Positions 18,996 to 28,001 of a stretch of DNA of 64,000 bases are shown one piece after another (the stretch's first letter is position 1; each line of letters starts with the position of its first letter). The DNA comes from Patescibacteria group bacterium (GTDB lineage Bacteria; Patescibacteriota; Minisyncoccia; Phycocordibacterales; UBA9973): contig JAZKCM010000002.1 in assembly GCA_040388095.1 (NCBI GenBank), positions 7,264-71,263 on the forward strand, in the 5' to 3' direction. Made by a program: the position numbers and the translations under genes. A model generated the notes under the pieces. It saw only the letters and a program-made list of their open reading frames with translations, was not told the DNA's origin and searched no databases.

Positions 18996-19235
18996 ATGGA
19001 CCAAACAAAAAAATCAAACGGTGCGCTCATAGGATCAATCATCATTATCATCATCCTTATCATCGGTGGTATATATGTTTTCAAAATGAACATACAAAAA
19101 AATAAAGATGCACAAGAAATGAATGCAGATATGCAACAAGCAAATAATCTTTCATCTTCTGATGAAGCGTCCGACCTAGAAATCGATCTGCAAAACAATT
19201 CAAACATTGATGCGATTGATAAGAACTATCAATAA
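18996..19235 (+). CDS. Small single-pass membrane protein
   Basis: 79 aa. TM GALIGSIIIIIILIIGGIYVF, then an acidic tail. Confidence 0.4.
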   Translation: MDQTKKSNGALIGSIIIIIILIIGGIYVFKMNIQKNKDAQEMNADMQQANNLSSSDEASDLEIDLQNNSNIDAIDKNYQ

Positions 19236-19255
19236 TAGTTACTGATATAAATTAA

Positions 19256-19290
19256 AAAGCCCCCGCCAACTGGCGGGGGCTTTTTAATTT
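19256..19290 (+). terminator. Rho-independent terminator
   Basis: aagcccccgcc-aact-ggcgggggctt followed by tttaattt. Confidence 0.65.
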
Positions 19291-19323
19291 GAAAATAATT
19301 CACTTTTAAGGTAATATAAAAAA

Positions 19324-20364
19324 ATGCAAATAAAAACAAAAGACTTACCAAACAGCGAGATAGAAATAGAGGGGGCAATCGACGCAAAAGATTTCGAAGG
19401 CTATTTCAGCAAAGCATTGAAATACTTAGGTGAACATATGGAATTCGATGGCTTCCGCAAAGGTAAAGCACCTGAAAATGTGCTTATTTCTCAAATTCCT
19501 GAATCAAAAATCTTGGAAGAAATGGCTGAGATGGCTCTCGGTGAGACATATCCAAAGATCTTGGAAGAAAACAAAATCGATGCAATCGGCCGACCAGAAA
19601 TCATAATCACTAAACTCGCTCGCAACAATGACCTTGGTTTCAAAATCAAGACTGCGATCATTCCTGTACTCAAAATGCCTGAGTACAAAAAGATTGCAAA
19701 AGAAATACAGGAAAACCTCACGACAGAAGAAAAAAATACTGAAGTAACAGCAGAAGATATGGAAAAAATAATAACAGACATTCGTAAATCTCGCGCACCT
19801 AAAATAGAGACGAAAGAAGGCGAAGAAGAAAAAGAATTAGAACCAATCCTACCAGAACTCAATGATGAATTTGTACAGGCACTCGGACCGTTTGAAAACG
19901 TAGAAGATTTCAAAAAGAAATTGGAAGCAAATATGAAATTGGAAAAAGAAAATATGGTTAAAGAAAAAACTCGTATCAAGATGATCGAAGCGATTATCGA
20001 AAAAACAGAAGTGGAAGTACCAGAGATTTTGGTAGACGTTGAGACAAATAAAATCATCGGCCGGATGAAAGACGATATAGCACAAATGGGTCTCAAATTT
20101 GAAGACTATTTGAAGCACTTACAAAAAACAGAAATAGATCTAAGAAAAGATTTTGAAAAAGATGCATTACAAAGAGCAAAGCTCGCACTCGTCCTCGCAG
20201 AAATTGCAAAATTAGAAAATACCAAACCAGAAGAAGCTGACATTGAACACGAAGTCGCTCACATCCTCGAGCATTATAAAGATGCTGACCCAGAACGCGC
20301 ACGAATGCACACTGAAAATGTTTTAACGAATGACAAAGTATTTAAATTCTTAGAAACTATATAA
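19324..20364 (+). CDS. tig: Trigger factor, short form lacking the PPIase domain
   Basis: 346 aa. N-terminal ribosome-binding domain with signature DGFRKGKAP. The sequence runs straight into the C-terminal arm domain; no FKBP-like PPIase segment is visible. Confidence 0.7.
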   Translation: MQIKTKDLPNSEIEIEGAIDAKDFEGYFSKALKYLGEHMEFDGFRKGKAPENVLISQIPESKILEEMAEMALGETYPKILEENKIDAIGRPEIIITKLARNNDLGFKIKTAIIPVLKMPEYKKIAKEIQENLTTEEKNTEVTAEDMEKIITDIRKSRAPKIETKEGEEEKELEPILPELNDEFVQALGPFENVEDFKKKLEANMKLEKENMVKEKTRIKMIEAIIEKTEVEVPEILVDVETNKIIGRMKDDIAQMGLKFEDYLKHLQKTEIDLRKDFEKDALQRAKLALVLAEIAKLENTKPEEADIEHEVAHILEHYKDADPERARMHTENVLTNDKVFKFLETI

Positions 20365-20373
20365 AAAGAAAGT

Positions 20374-20420
20374 AGAATGCCCCGCTTCGTTATACGAAGC
20401 GGGGCATTTGTTTTGTTATT
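20374..20420. terminator. Bidirectional terminator between tig and a convergent gene
   Basis: aatgccccgcttcg-ttata-cgaagcggggcatt followed by tgttttgtt. Confidence 0.6.
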
Positions 20421-20892
20421 TTTCTTCCAATTTCTGCGTATCGATATTGAAAGAAAATGTTCTTATTTGCACAAAATCAGAATATTTTACTTCTGTTTCA
20501 CAAGAAAATAAAAATTCTTCTTGAGCGCCACAATTTGGATCATACAGAAAACTAAGAGAGTGGAAAATAAAATTCCCTTCTATTGGAATTGGAACTTTTT
20601 TCCAATAAATCTTATCTCCTTTATAAAAACTATTAAAGAGAAAAGTTTGGCTCTCATCTTTAGATTGAGCTGTTGCAAAAATACAGTAGTGACGATGAGC
20701 AAGATGGTCCGGTTTGATATTCGTGACACAAAACAAAAGGCTATCATTGGAAATAACATCTGGAACAAAATCACTAAACTGATAATAATTCACACCAGGA
20801 CCATTTGGTTTTGAGCTTGCATCATGAGCAAAAATAATCATAAATACGATGATGGTGGGGAAAATAATTCCGAGAATCTTTTTTGTTTTCAT
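20416..20892 (-). CDS. Secreted hypothetical protein
   Basis: 158 aa. Signal peptide MKTKKILGIIFPTIIVFMIIFAHDASS. Confidence 0.45.
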   Translation of the reverse strand: MKTKKILGIIFPTIIVFMIIFAHDASSKPNGPGVNYYQFSDFVPDVISNDSLLFCVTNIKPDHLAHRHYCIFATAQSKDESQTFLFNSFYKGDKIYWKKVPIPIEGNFIFHSLSFLYDPNCGAQEEFLFSCETEVKYSDFVQIRTFSFNIDTQKLEEK

Positions 20893-21012
20893 GACAAGGA
20901 GTTTTAAGTAAATATTTCAGTGAATAGTTTCAATTTAATGATATACCTTACACAAGAAAGTGCAATCAAGTGGATTTCTTGAAAAAGTGTATAAAAATGC
21001 TATGATTGAATT

Positions 21013-21606
21013 ATGTTAATACCAACAGTTATAGAAAAATCACAATTTGGCGAAAGAGCTTATGACATATACTCCCGCCTGCTCAAAGAGAACATCATAT
21101 TCTTAAGCGGATCGATCGATGACGACACAGCAAATATCGTCATTGCCCAGCTTTTATTCCTCCAATCAGAGAATCCAAAAAAAGATATCAGCTTGTATAT
21201 CAACTCCCCAGGAGGCTATGTCAAAGACGGTCTCGCTATTATCGACACGATGAACCATATAAAAAATGATGTTTCTACGATTTGCGTCGGTATGGCTGCT
21301 TCGATGGGTGCGATGATTCTCTCTGCCGGAGCCAAAGGCAAACGTTATTCCCTTCCAAATTCTGAAATAATGATCCATCAACCTCTCGGCGGTGCTGAAG
21401 GCCAAGCGAGTGATATCGAAATCAGCGCAAGACAAATATTGAAGCACAAAGCTCAACTGAACAAAATGCTTGCTAAAAACACAGGTCAATCACTCTCAAA
21501 AATCGAAAATGATGTAGATAGAAATTACTGGATGGATGCAGATGAGGCTAAAAAATATGGCATCATCGACGAAATCGTCACGAAATCCAAAGCGACTGCT
21601 AAATAA
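21013..21606 (+). CDS. clpP: ATP-dependent Clp protease proteolytic subunit
   Basis: 197 aa. [38 protein letters not shown] (catalytic Ser), MIHQP (His). Confidence 0.95.
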   Translation: MLIPTVIEKSQFGERAYDIYSRLLKENIIFLSGSIDDDTANIVIAQLLFLQSENPKKDISLYINSPGGYVKDGLAIIDTMNHIKNDVSTICVGMAASMGAMILSAGAKGKRYSLPNSEIMIHQPLGGAEGQASDIEISARQILKHKAQLNKMLAKNTGQSLSKIENDVDRNYWMDADEAKKYGIIDEIVTKSKATAK

Positions 21607-21614
21607 GACAAATT

Positions 21615-21652
21615 AAAAAGCCCTCGACAAGTTGTCGAGGGCTTTTGTTATT
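21615..21652. terminator. Terminator after clpP
   Basis: aaagccctcgacaa-gt-ttgtcgagggcttt followed by tgttattt. Confidence 0.6.
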
Positions 21653-21653
21653 T

Positions 21654-22253
21654 CTAACAAATATTGTTTTCCTTACCGGGTTCAAATAAACAGAATTCTT
21701 CAATCCACGAGTATTCACCAGGGGAATTTCTCTTTCTATTAATGAAAGTATTTTTTAACTCCCTTTTACGAAACAGAATTTGCTGATCTGATAACATTCC
21801 CCCTTTAATAGAAAAGTACACGTACCAGCCAGCCTCAACAAAATTGGTCATTACAACTTTTAGCATATCTTTGTCTGTGACAAGATTATTCATATGGTAA
21901 TGCAATATTGCTTCCCCATTATTAGATTTTTTCAATTCCCCCTCAAGATAATCTTTTAAGATTTTTACATTTGAGAGAAAAGTTTTGTGCAATAACCGCT
22001 CATGAGTTTCTGGTTTTGTCTCAATAACATCATAATAATCAAGTGAAGTGCATATGTGGTCAACAATGGGCTGGAGCTTCCCTACTTCTGTTTCAAGCAA
22101 GACGAGCAATGTGGCTTTTTTAGCAAGATCTTCCTCATCCTTCCAAGCTTGGAAAAGGGATGGGATATTTTTAACAGGAGTGAGCTGATTTCTTATATCT
22201 TCTTTCAGTCCTTGTTTTATTAAGGTTTGTTCTTCAACTTCTGCAAGTTTCAT
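21654..22253 (-). CDS. Hypothetical protein
   Basis: 199-aa ORF with no motif I recognise. Confidence 0.35.
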   Translation of the reverse strand: MKLAEVEEQTLIKQGLKEDIRNQLTPVKNIPSLFQAWKDEEDLAKKATLLVLLETEVGKLQPIVDHICTSLDYYDVIETKPETHERLLHKTFLSNVKILKDYLEGELKKSNNGEAILHYHMNNLVTDKDMLKVVMTNFVEAGWYVYFSIKGGMLSDQQILFRKRELKNTFINRKRNSPGEYSWIEEFCLFEPGKENNIC

Positions 22254-22519
22254 AGTTTTAAGTTTTTAAGGTTAGTTTCCTTAAAATTACATCGATTAAG
22301 TTAATTTGTCAATACATTTCAATCCCCTCTTTTCGCTCCATAGACAACATCTCCCACATTTGGTATATTGAAAGTGTTAGATTTACAAATTTATTTTGAA
22401 ATTGGTTTATAGGAATATATCTTATATTATGAAAGGTTTTCAAGTTTTAAAAATTCTACTGGGAAATAAAAGCGAAATGCCAATATAATGGTGTGTTCTT
22501 GTAGGCCGGTATAAGGCTT

Positions 22520-24049
22520 ATGAGTTTAAAAATAATAATCTTAATGGGAGCCGGAGCGCTCTCTTTAGGCGTTGCTGTCGGCTACTACTTGCGACTCATC
22601 ATCGCTTTGGGAAAAAAGCGATCGATAGAGATCGACATCAAAGATATGATGGTCTCTGCAAAAGCTGAAGCGCAGAAAATAGTAGATGAAGCAAAGTCAA
22701 AATCAGAAGAAAAGCTTTCTGAATTAAAAGAAGAAGAGAAAAAGAAAACAGAAGATTTTAGAGAAACGGAAAAAAGACTCATCAAGAAAGACGAGCTTTT
22801 AGACGCACGCCAGCTCGAGATCGACAAAGAAATAGAGAACATAAAAATAAAAGTCGAAGATATCAAAAAGATTCAAGAAAGAGTTGAAAATGCTGAAACT
22901 GAGAAACGCCAAGCACTTGAAAAAGTCGCCAAGTTCACTCAAGAAGAAGCGAAAGAAGAACTCTTGAAAGATATCGAGAAGAAATATGAAGAAGATATTC
23001 TAGTGCGTATGCAAAAGCTCGAAAATGCAAACAGTGAGAAGCTCGACCGTCGTGCGAAAGATATTCTTTCTACTTCTATCCAACGATTAGCTTCAAGTAC
23101 TGCATCTGAAATGATGACGACAGCAGTAGCTATTCCAAACAACGATATCAAAGGTAAAATCATCGGAAAAGAAGGTAGAAATATCCGTGCATTTGAAAGA
23201 GCTTCAGGAGTGGAGCTCGTTGTCGATGACACACCAGGCACGATACTCATTTCTTCTTTCGACCCTATCCGTAGACAAGTCGCTCGTGTTGCACTTGAGA
23301 ATTTGATTCTCGATGGCCGTATCCAACCAGCGAAAATAGAAGAATTGGTAGAAAAAGCAAAAGAAGAAATTAATAAAATCATAAAAGAAAAAGGCGAACA
23401 AGCAGTCTACGAATGTGGCATATTCAATTTCGATCCACGCATCGTTGCGATCATCGGACGCCTCTACTTCCGTACTAGTTATGGCCAAAATGTTCTCCAG
23501 CACTCTATCGAAATGGCGCACGTTGCCGGAATGCTCGCTGAAGAGCTCGGTGCAGATGTAGCAATAGCGAAAGCTGGTGCGCTCGTCCACGACATCGGTA
23601 AAGCCCTCGACCACGAAGTCCAAGGTACACACATCGAGATCGGTATGCGCATCCTTCAGAAATTTGGAGCAGATGAGCGCATTATCACTGCAATGAAATC
23701 TCATCACGAAGACTATCCATACGAGACGATCGAATCAGTCATCGTCCAGACAGCTGATGCAATCTCTGGTGGTCGTCCAGGTGCCCGCAGAGATTCTGTA
23801 GAAAATTATCTAAAGCGTTTGCAAGAGCTCGAAGCACTTGTGAATGCATTTGAAGGTGTCGATAAATCATACGCACTCCAAGCAGGACGCGAAATCCGCA
23901 TCTTCGTCACTCCAGAAAAAGTTTCTGATACAGAAAGCAAACTTATGGCTCGCGAAATCGCTACAAAGATCGAACAAGAACTCAAATACCCAGGTGAAAT
24001 CAAAGTCACCGTCATCCGTGAATCTAGAATTATCGAATACGCGAGATAA
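22520..24049 (+). CDS. rny: Ribonuclease Y
   Basis: 509 aa. N-terminal TM, long Lys/Glu coiled coil, KH domain (GKIIGKEGRNIRAFE), HD domain (HSIEMAHVAG...LVHDIGKA). Confidence 0.9.
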   Translation: MSLKIIILMGAGALSLGVAVGYYLRLIIALGKKRSIEIDIKDMMVSAKAEAQKIVDEAKSKSEEKLSELKEEEKKKTEDFRETEKRLIKKDELLDARQLEIDKEIENIKIKVEDIKKIQERVENAETEKRQALEKVAKFTQEEAKEELLKDIEKKYEEDILVRMQKLENANSEKLDRRAKDILSTSIQRLASSTASEMMTTAVAIPNNDIKGKIIGKEGRNIRAFERASGVELVVDDTPGTILISSFDPIRRQVARVALENLILDGRIQPAKIEELVEKAKEEINKIIKEKGEQAVYECGIFNFDPRIVAIIGRLYFRTSYGQNVLQHSIEMAHVAGMLAEELGADVAIAKAGALVHDIGKALDHEVQGTHIEIGMRILQKFGADERIITAMKSHHEDYPYETIESVIVQTADAISGGRPGARRDSVENYLKRLQELEALVNAFEGVDKSYALQAGREIRIFVTPEKVSDTESKLMAREIATKIEQELKYPGEIKVTVIRESRIIEYAR

Positions 24050-24137
24050 AATACAAAGAGAAATCAAAAATGTTAAATAAAAAATCACCTAGTTTCATTA
24101 TGAAACTAGGTGATTTGTATTCAGCTTAAAAAATTAA

Positions 24138-24770
24138 TTAAGCGGCTTCTTCCAAAAGCTCCACAAAATTTTTCACAGCATATATTTTGAATTTTTTTAA
24201 AGAAACCGGTTTTTTACGCTGGCCTTCATAAGCATCCAGTAGGCAGGTACGCATCAATTTCTGCAAATGTTCCGGAGCGTCCTGATTGAACCTCTTCCTA
24301 AAAAGAACAATTACTTCTTTTTGTTTAGAAGGATTCAGGCGTTTAATCAAACACACCATCTTATCAAACAAAACAAAACCGAGCTCATCACGAAATGCTT
24401 TATTCTCCGGCAATATAGTGAAATATTTCATCCAAAGCATAAGTTTAACAAAGAGAGATTCCGGTTGTAGCTTACTCAAAGAACTGATGTCCTTTATGGA
24501 TACTTGGTTTATTTGTCCCTGCTTGGTGATAAAGTATGCTTCACGGTCATTTAAAGCTTGTTTTACTGCCTTTTCTTGTGTTTCAGACAGTTCAATTACG
24601 CCTTTCATTCTCTTTTTGGCATCAACCCAGTCAGAATTTCCAATCGGAAGGAGTGTATCTTCTTCAGATTTTGAAGGTACATAATTCCAATTCTGATCTA
24701 AACAGACACATTGTCCGTTTAAGCAGGCAATTTTTTGCCCTGCATTTAATTTAAAAGCCAATTTTTTCAT
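24138..24770 (-). CDS. Hypothetical protein
   Basis: 210-aa ORF with N-terminal Cys cluster (CLNGQCVCLD). No family recognised. Confidence 0.35.
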   Translation of the reverse strand: MKKLAFKLNAGQKIACLNGQCVCLDQNWNYVPSKSEEDTLLPIGNSDWVDAKKRMKGVIELSETQEKAVKQALNDREAYFITKQGQINQVSIKDISSLSKLQPESLFVKLMLWMKYFTILPENKAFRDELGFVLFDKMVCLIKRLNPSKQKEVIVLFRKRFNQDAPEHLQKLMRTCLLDAYEGQRKKPVSLKKFKIYAVKNFVELLEEAA

Positions 24771-24971
24771 AAAAAGTAGGTTTTTGAAGTTTTTTAAAAG
24801 AGCGATGGACTTTCCAAAGCCGTAATTCTGTTTATCATTATACTATAATGCAAACAAAAGTCAAATACATTTAGCCTATTGCCTAAAAAAACCCTTACTA
24901 TATAATATATGGGTAAGTAATTAAAGGGTTAAATGGTCGAGCGCATTACAAATTTTTAAAAAAATTATACT

Positions 24972-25244
24972 ATGAACAAACAAGGATTAGTCGAAGGAGT
25001 ACAAATGAAACTCGGCGGTACTAAAGTACAAGCTGAAGAAATCGTCGATGGTATGTTTGATGCTATCGTTTCTACAATGAAAAAAGGAGACGAAGTTTCA
25101 ATCGCTGGCTTTGGAATCTTTTCTGTAAAAGGAAGAGCTGCTCGTATGGCTCGCAATCCAAAAACTGGAGAGCAAGTCAAAGTCGCTGCTAAGAAAGTTC
25201 CAAAATTCAGAGCTGCAAAGGCTTTGAAGGACGCAGTCGAATAA
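24972..25244 (+). CDS. hup: DNA-binding protein HU
   Basis: 90 aa. GFGIFSVKGRAARMARNPKTGEQVKVAAKKVPKFRAAKALKDAV aligns with the HU beta-arm and C-terminus. Confidence 0.9.
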   Translation: MNKQGLVEGVQMKLGGTKVQAEEIVDGMFDAIVSTMKKGDEVSIAGFGIFSVKGRAARMARNPKTGEQVKVAAKKVPKFRAAKALKDAVE

Positions 25245-25265
25245 TATTTTATCTCGAGATAAAAC

Positions 25266-25296
25266 ACAAAACCCGCTTATGGCGGGTTTTGTGTTT
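25266..25296 (+). terminator. Rho-independent terminator after hup
   Basis: aaacccgc-ttat-ggcgggttt followed by tgtgtttgtg. Confidence 0.55.
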
Positions 25297-25368
25297 GTGT
25301 TACAATTAATACAAACAAGTCCGAGTAATGAAAGTCATTACTTTTTGTAAAACTAAAACTCTAAAAAA

Positions 25369-26451
25369 ATGGAAACAATAAAAACACTCCCAAAATTCAA
25401 AAAGCCGGGTGAGAATTTATTCTTCCCTACCCTCGAAAGAAGAATCGATTATCATTTCGAAAAAAACCGTATCAAAAAAACTGCAAATATACACACCTAT
25501 CTCAAAGCATTCATTCTGCTCGCCTTCCTTTGCGGAAGCTACTACTGCGTCATTTTTGCAAACATACCCGCCATAGCCAAATTGATACTCTGTATTTTTA
25601 TTGGTATTGATTTTGCTGCTATCGGTTTTAATATTATGCATGATGCTGGACACGGCAACTATTCCAAAAAGTATAAAAAGATCAATGAGCTCTTGGTGCT
25701 TTCTCTCAACCTCGTGGGCGCAAATGCGTATCTATGGAAGACGAAGCACAACATCCTCCATCATACGTACACAAACATCGAAAATGTGGACGAAGACATC
25801 GATATACCAGGAATGAGAGTACATAAAGAACAGATACTTAAAAAGTACCATAAATATCAACACATTTATTGGATCTTTCTCTATATGTTCACCTACTTTC
25901 TGTGGGTTTGGTATGCTGATTTCAAGAAGTACTTTACTGGAAAAATAAATGGCTACAAATTTCCTAAAATGAAATTAAAAAATCATATTATTTTCTGGGC
26001 AAGCAAGGCTTTCTACACATTCTATATGATTTTCATTCCTTGGTATGTTCTAGGATTTTTGCCTTTCCTTGCTGGCTATCTGCTTCTCTGTGCAGTTTGT
26101 GGTTTATTCATTAGTATTATCTTTCAGCTCGCACATGTAGTGGAAGGGGTTGCTAATCCTGTAGTGAACAAGGAAAATCAGATCAAAGAAGATTGGTGGA
26201 AACATGAAGTACAAACAACTGCAAACTTTGCAACAAAGAGCAGATTCATTAATTGGTTTTGTGGTGGGCTTAATTTTCAAATAGAGCATCACCTCTTTAC
26301 TGAAATAAATCATGTTCATTATTCCGGAATGAGTCCTATCGTCAAAGAAACCTGTGAAGAGTTTGGAATCGTATATAATGAAAAACCAACTTTTTTAGAC
26401 GCACTTCGTTCTCATATCAATCATTTAAAAAAATTAGGCACTGAAGTCTAA
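25369..26451 (+). CDS. Membrane fatty-acid desaturase family protein (three His boxes)
   Basis: 360 aa, multiple TM helices. His boxes HDAGHG, HNILHH and QIEHHLF in canonical order and spacing for a membrane-bound O2-dependent acyl-lipid or sphingolipid desaturase. Confidence 0.8.
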   Translation: METIKTLPKFKKPGENLFFPTLERRIDYHFEKNRIKKTANIHTYLKAFILLAFLCGSYYCVIFANIPAIAKLILCIFIGIDFAAIGFNIMHDAGHGNYSKKYKKINELLVLSLNLVGANAYLWKTKHNILHHTYTNIENVDEDIDIPGMRVHKEQILKKYHKYQHIYWIFLYMFTYFLWVWYADFKKYFTGKINGYKFPKMKLKNHIIFWASKAFYTFYMIFIPWYVLGFLPFLAGYLLLCAVCGLFISIIFQLAHVVEGVANPVVNKENQIKEDWWKHEVQTTANFATKSRFINWFCGGLNFQIEHHLFTEINHVHYSGMSPIVKETCEEFGIVYNEKPTFLDALRSHINHLKKLGTEV

Positions 26452-26455
26452 AATT

Positions 26456-26492
26456 AAAATCCCCTGCTCATATTGAGCGAGGGGATTTTTTA
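26456..26492. terminator. Bidirectional terminator
   Basis: aaatcccctgctca-tat-tgagcgaggggatttttt. Confidence 0.55.
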
Positions 26493-26494
26493 AT

Positions 26495-27055
26495 TTAAAA
26501 AACATTCATAGCTTCAGCAATTTCTAAAATAAAATTATTTTCAGGAGATATTTCCTCGTGAATAATTTTTGCTTCTTTTAAGATTTTTGTCCAAAAACTA
26601 GAATCTTGTGAAGCTCTAGAGCCTCCTTTGTGATACAAATCTTTAGCGATAAGCCAAATGGTAGCTGTTGCTTCACAAATCAACGGATCAGACATAATTC
26701 CATTACCAGATCCTCCGGCAAAATCTTTTCCTATTTTTATAGCACCAGCTTCCAACAATTGCTGAGAAGCTGGATCAAAGACTTCACTTGATTTTGTTTT
26801 ATTTGCACAAAGTGTCCGTGTGACTTTCATTGATGCATTATGCATATGAAAATGTTTTTGATCTACTTTGACGTGACCATATTCTTCGGTGATGAGAATA
26901 TTTTTACTGTGATCAAAATAACAAAAATATAGACCGTTGTCCAAATGTAGTGCATTGTTTGGTAATTTCTTAATAGCATTTTCTAATACCGTCAAGAATG
27001 GATTCATAATTGGATGAATATGTGATTCAAACCTATGGTTATTTGTTGTATTCAT
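26495..27055 (-). CDS. Hypothetical His-rich protein
   Basis: 186-aa ORF. No family recognised. Confidence 0.35.
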   Translation of the reverse strand: MNTTNNHRFESHIHPIMNPFLTVLENAIKKLPNNALHLDNGLYFCYFDHSKNILITEEYGHVKVDQKHFHMHNASMKVTRTLCANKTKSSEVFDPASQQLLEAGAIKIGKDFAGGSGNGIMSDPLICEATATIWLIAKDLYHKGGSRASQDSSFWTKILKEAKIIHEEISPENNFILEIAEAMNVF

Positions 27056-27157
27056 TTTTTAAAGTTTTGGTTCTCTTTAGTTTTATCACATAAAACCATA
27101 AAGGACAAGAAAATAAAAACTCGCTTTTTACAATAAAAATGCTAATATAAAAACATT

Positions 27158-27228
27158 GCGGGATTAGTTTATCGGTAAAATAACAGTTTTCCAAACTGTG
27201 GTGAAGGGTTCGACTCCCTTATCCCGCA
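27158..27228 (+). tRNA. tRNA-Gly (anticodon TCC), CCA not encoded
   Basis: Hand-folded cloverleaf. Acceptor GCGGGAT/ATCCCGC, D-arm GTTT-ATCGGTA-AAAT, anticodon arm ACAGT-TTTCCAA-ACTGT, T-arm AAGGG-TTCGACT-CCCTT, discriminator A. Confidence 0.85.
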
Positions 27229-27355
27229 CAAAAACAAATGAACCGAGGCATGTCCTCGGTGATTTTGTTTTGTAGTAGGGTCAGGGAGGAGAAAGGCGCA
27301 GGCGGACGCGCCGAGCCGGGGTCGCACAAAATTTCAGCAGAAATTTATGAGTGAC

Positions 27356-27376
27356 CGACTCCCTTATCCCGCACCA
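27356..27376 (+). repeat. Direct repeat of the tRNA-Gly(TCC) 3' end (19 nt cgactcccttatcccgcac, here followed by CA to give CCA)
   Basis: Identical to 27211..27229, located 127 nt downstream of the tRNA. att-core-like arrangement. Confidence 0.7.
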
Positions 27377-27423
27377 GAATAAACAAAAACACCTAGAATA
27401 TTCTAGATGTTTTTGTTTAAAAG

Positions 27424-27828
27424 TTATATATTTTTATCTTCATTAGAGTTTTTATCTTTAAGGTGTGACAACAAAGTATTTTTTAAAACTTTAATACGTG
27501 CTTTCATTTCATGATGTTCTTTTATTTTATTCAATTCTCCAGCAAAAGCTTCTGGATCTTTTTTAAGCGTATTTTCCCTGTCTTTAATTTCTTGAATTAC
27601 ATTTTTAACATATTCTGGATTTTTTATTCTTTGTTCAAACAAAATATCTTCTTGTTCTGAAAGAGATTTATAATCATTAACAGGGGGCATTTTTTGTGCT
27701 TCTTGTACGTCATTAGCACCCAATTCATCTCTAATTTTCTGCCTTATTAAGGTAGAAACATTTTCTGGAATATTTTCTACTTTAGGTGCTTTTTTAAAAA
27801 GTGATTCAAACATATATGTATTATACAA
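27424..27828 (-). CDS. Hypothetical Lys/Glu-rich protein
   Basis: 134-aa ORF. Confidence 0.35.
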   Translation of the reverse strand: MYNTYMFESLFKKAPKVENIPENVSTLIRQKIRDELGANDVQEAQKMPPVNDYKSLSEQEDILFEQRIKNPEYVKNVIQEIKDRENTLKKDPEAFAGELNKIKEHHEMKARIKVLKNTLLSHLKDKNSNEDKNI

Positions 27829-27872
27829 AATATAAGTTAAATAGTAAGCACTTTCAATATTTATAACTTCTT

Positions 27873-27943
27873 TCGGGCTGCTGGGAATCGAACCCAGTCA
27901 ACGTGTTCCCAAAACACGTGTACTACCGGTATACGACAGCCCG
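27873..27943 (-). tRNA. tRNA-Pro (anticodon TGG), CCA not encoded
   Basis: Reverse complement folds as CGGGCTG/CAGCCCG acceptor, anticodon arm CGTGT-TTTGGGA-ACACG, T-arm CTGGG-TTCGATT-CCCAG. Confidence 0.85.
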
Positions 27944-28001
27944 TTCAATAATAAAACTAGAACAGATAAGACTATATCACAAAAAACCTTTTTCTCAAAT
28001 C

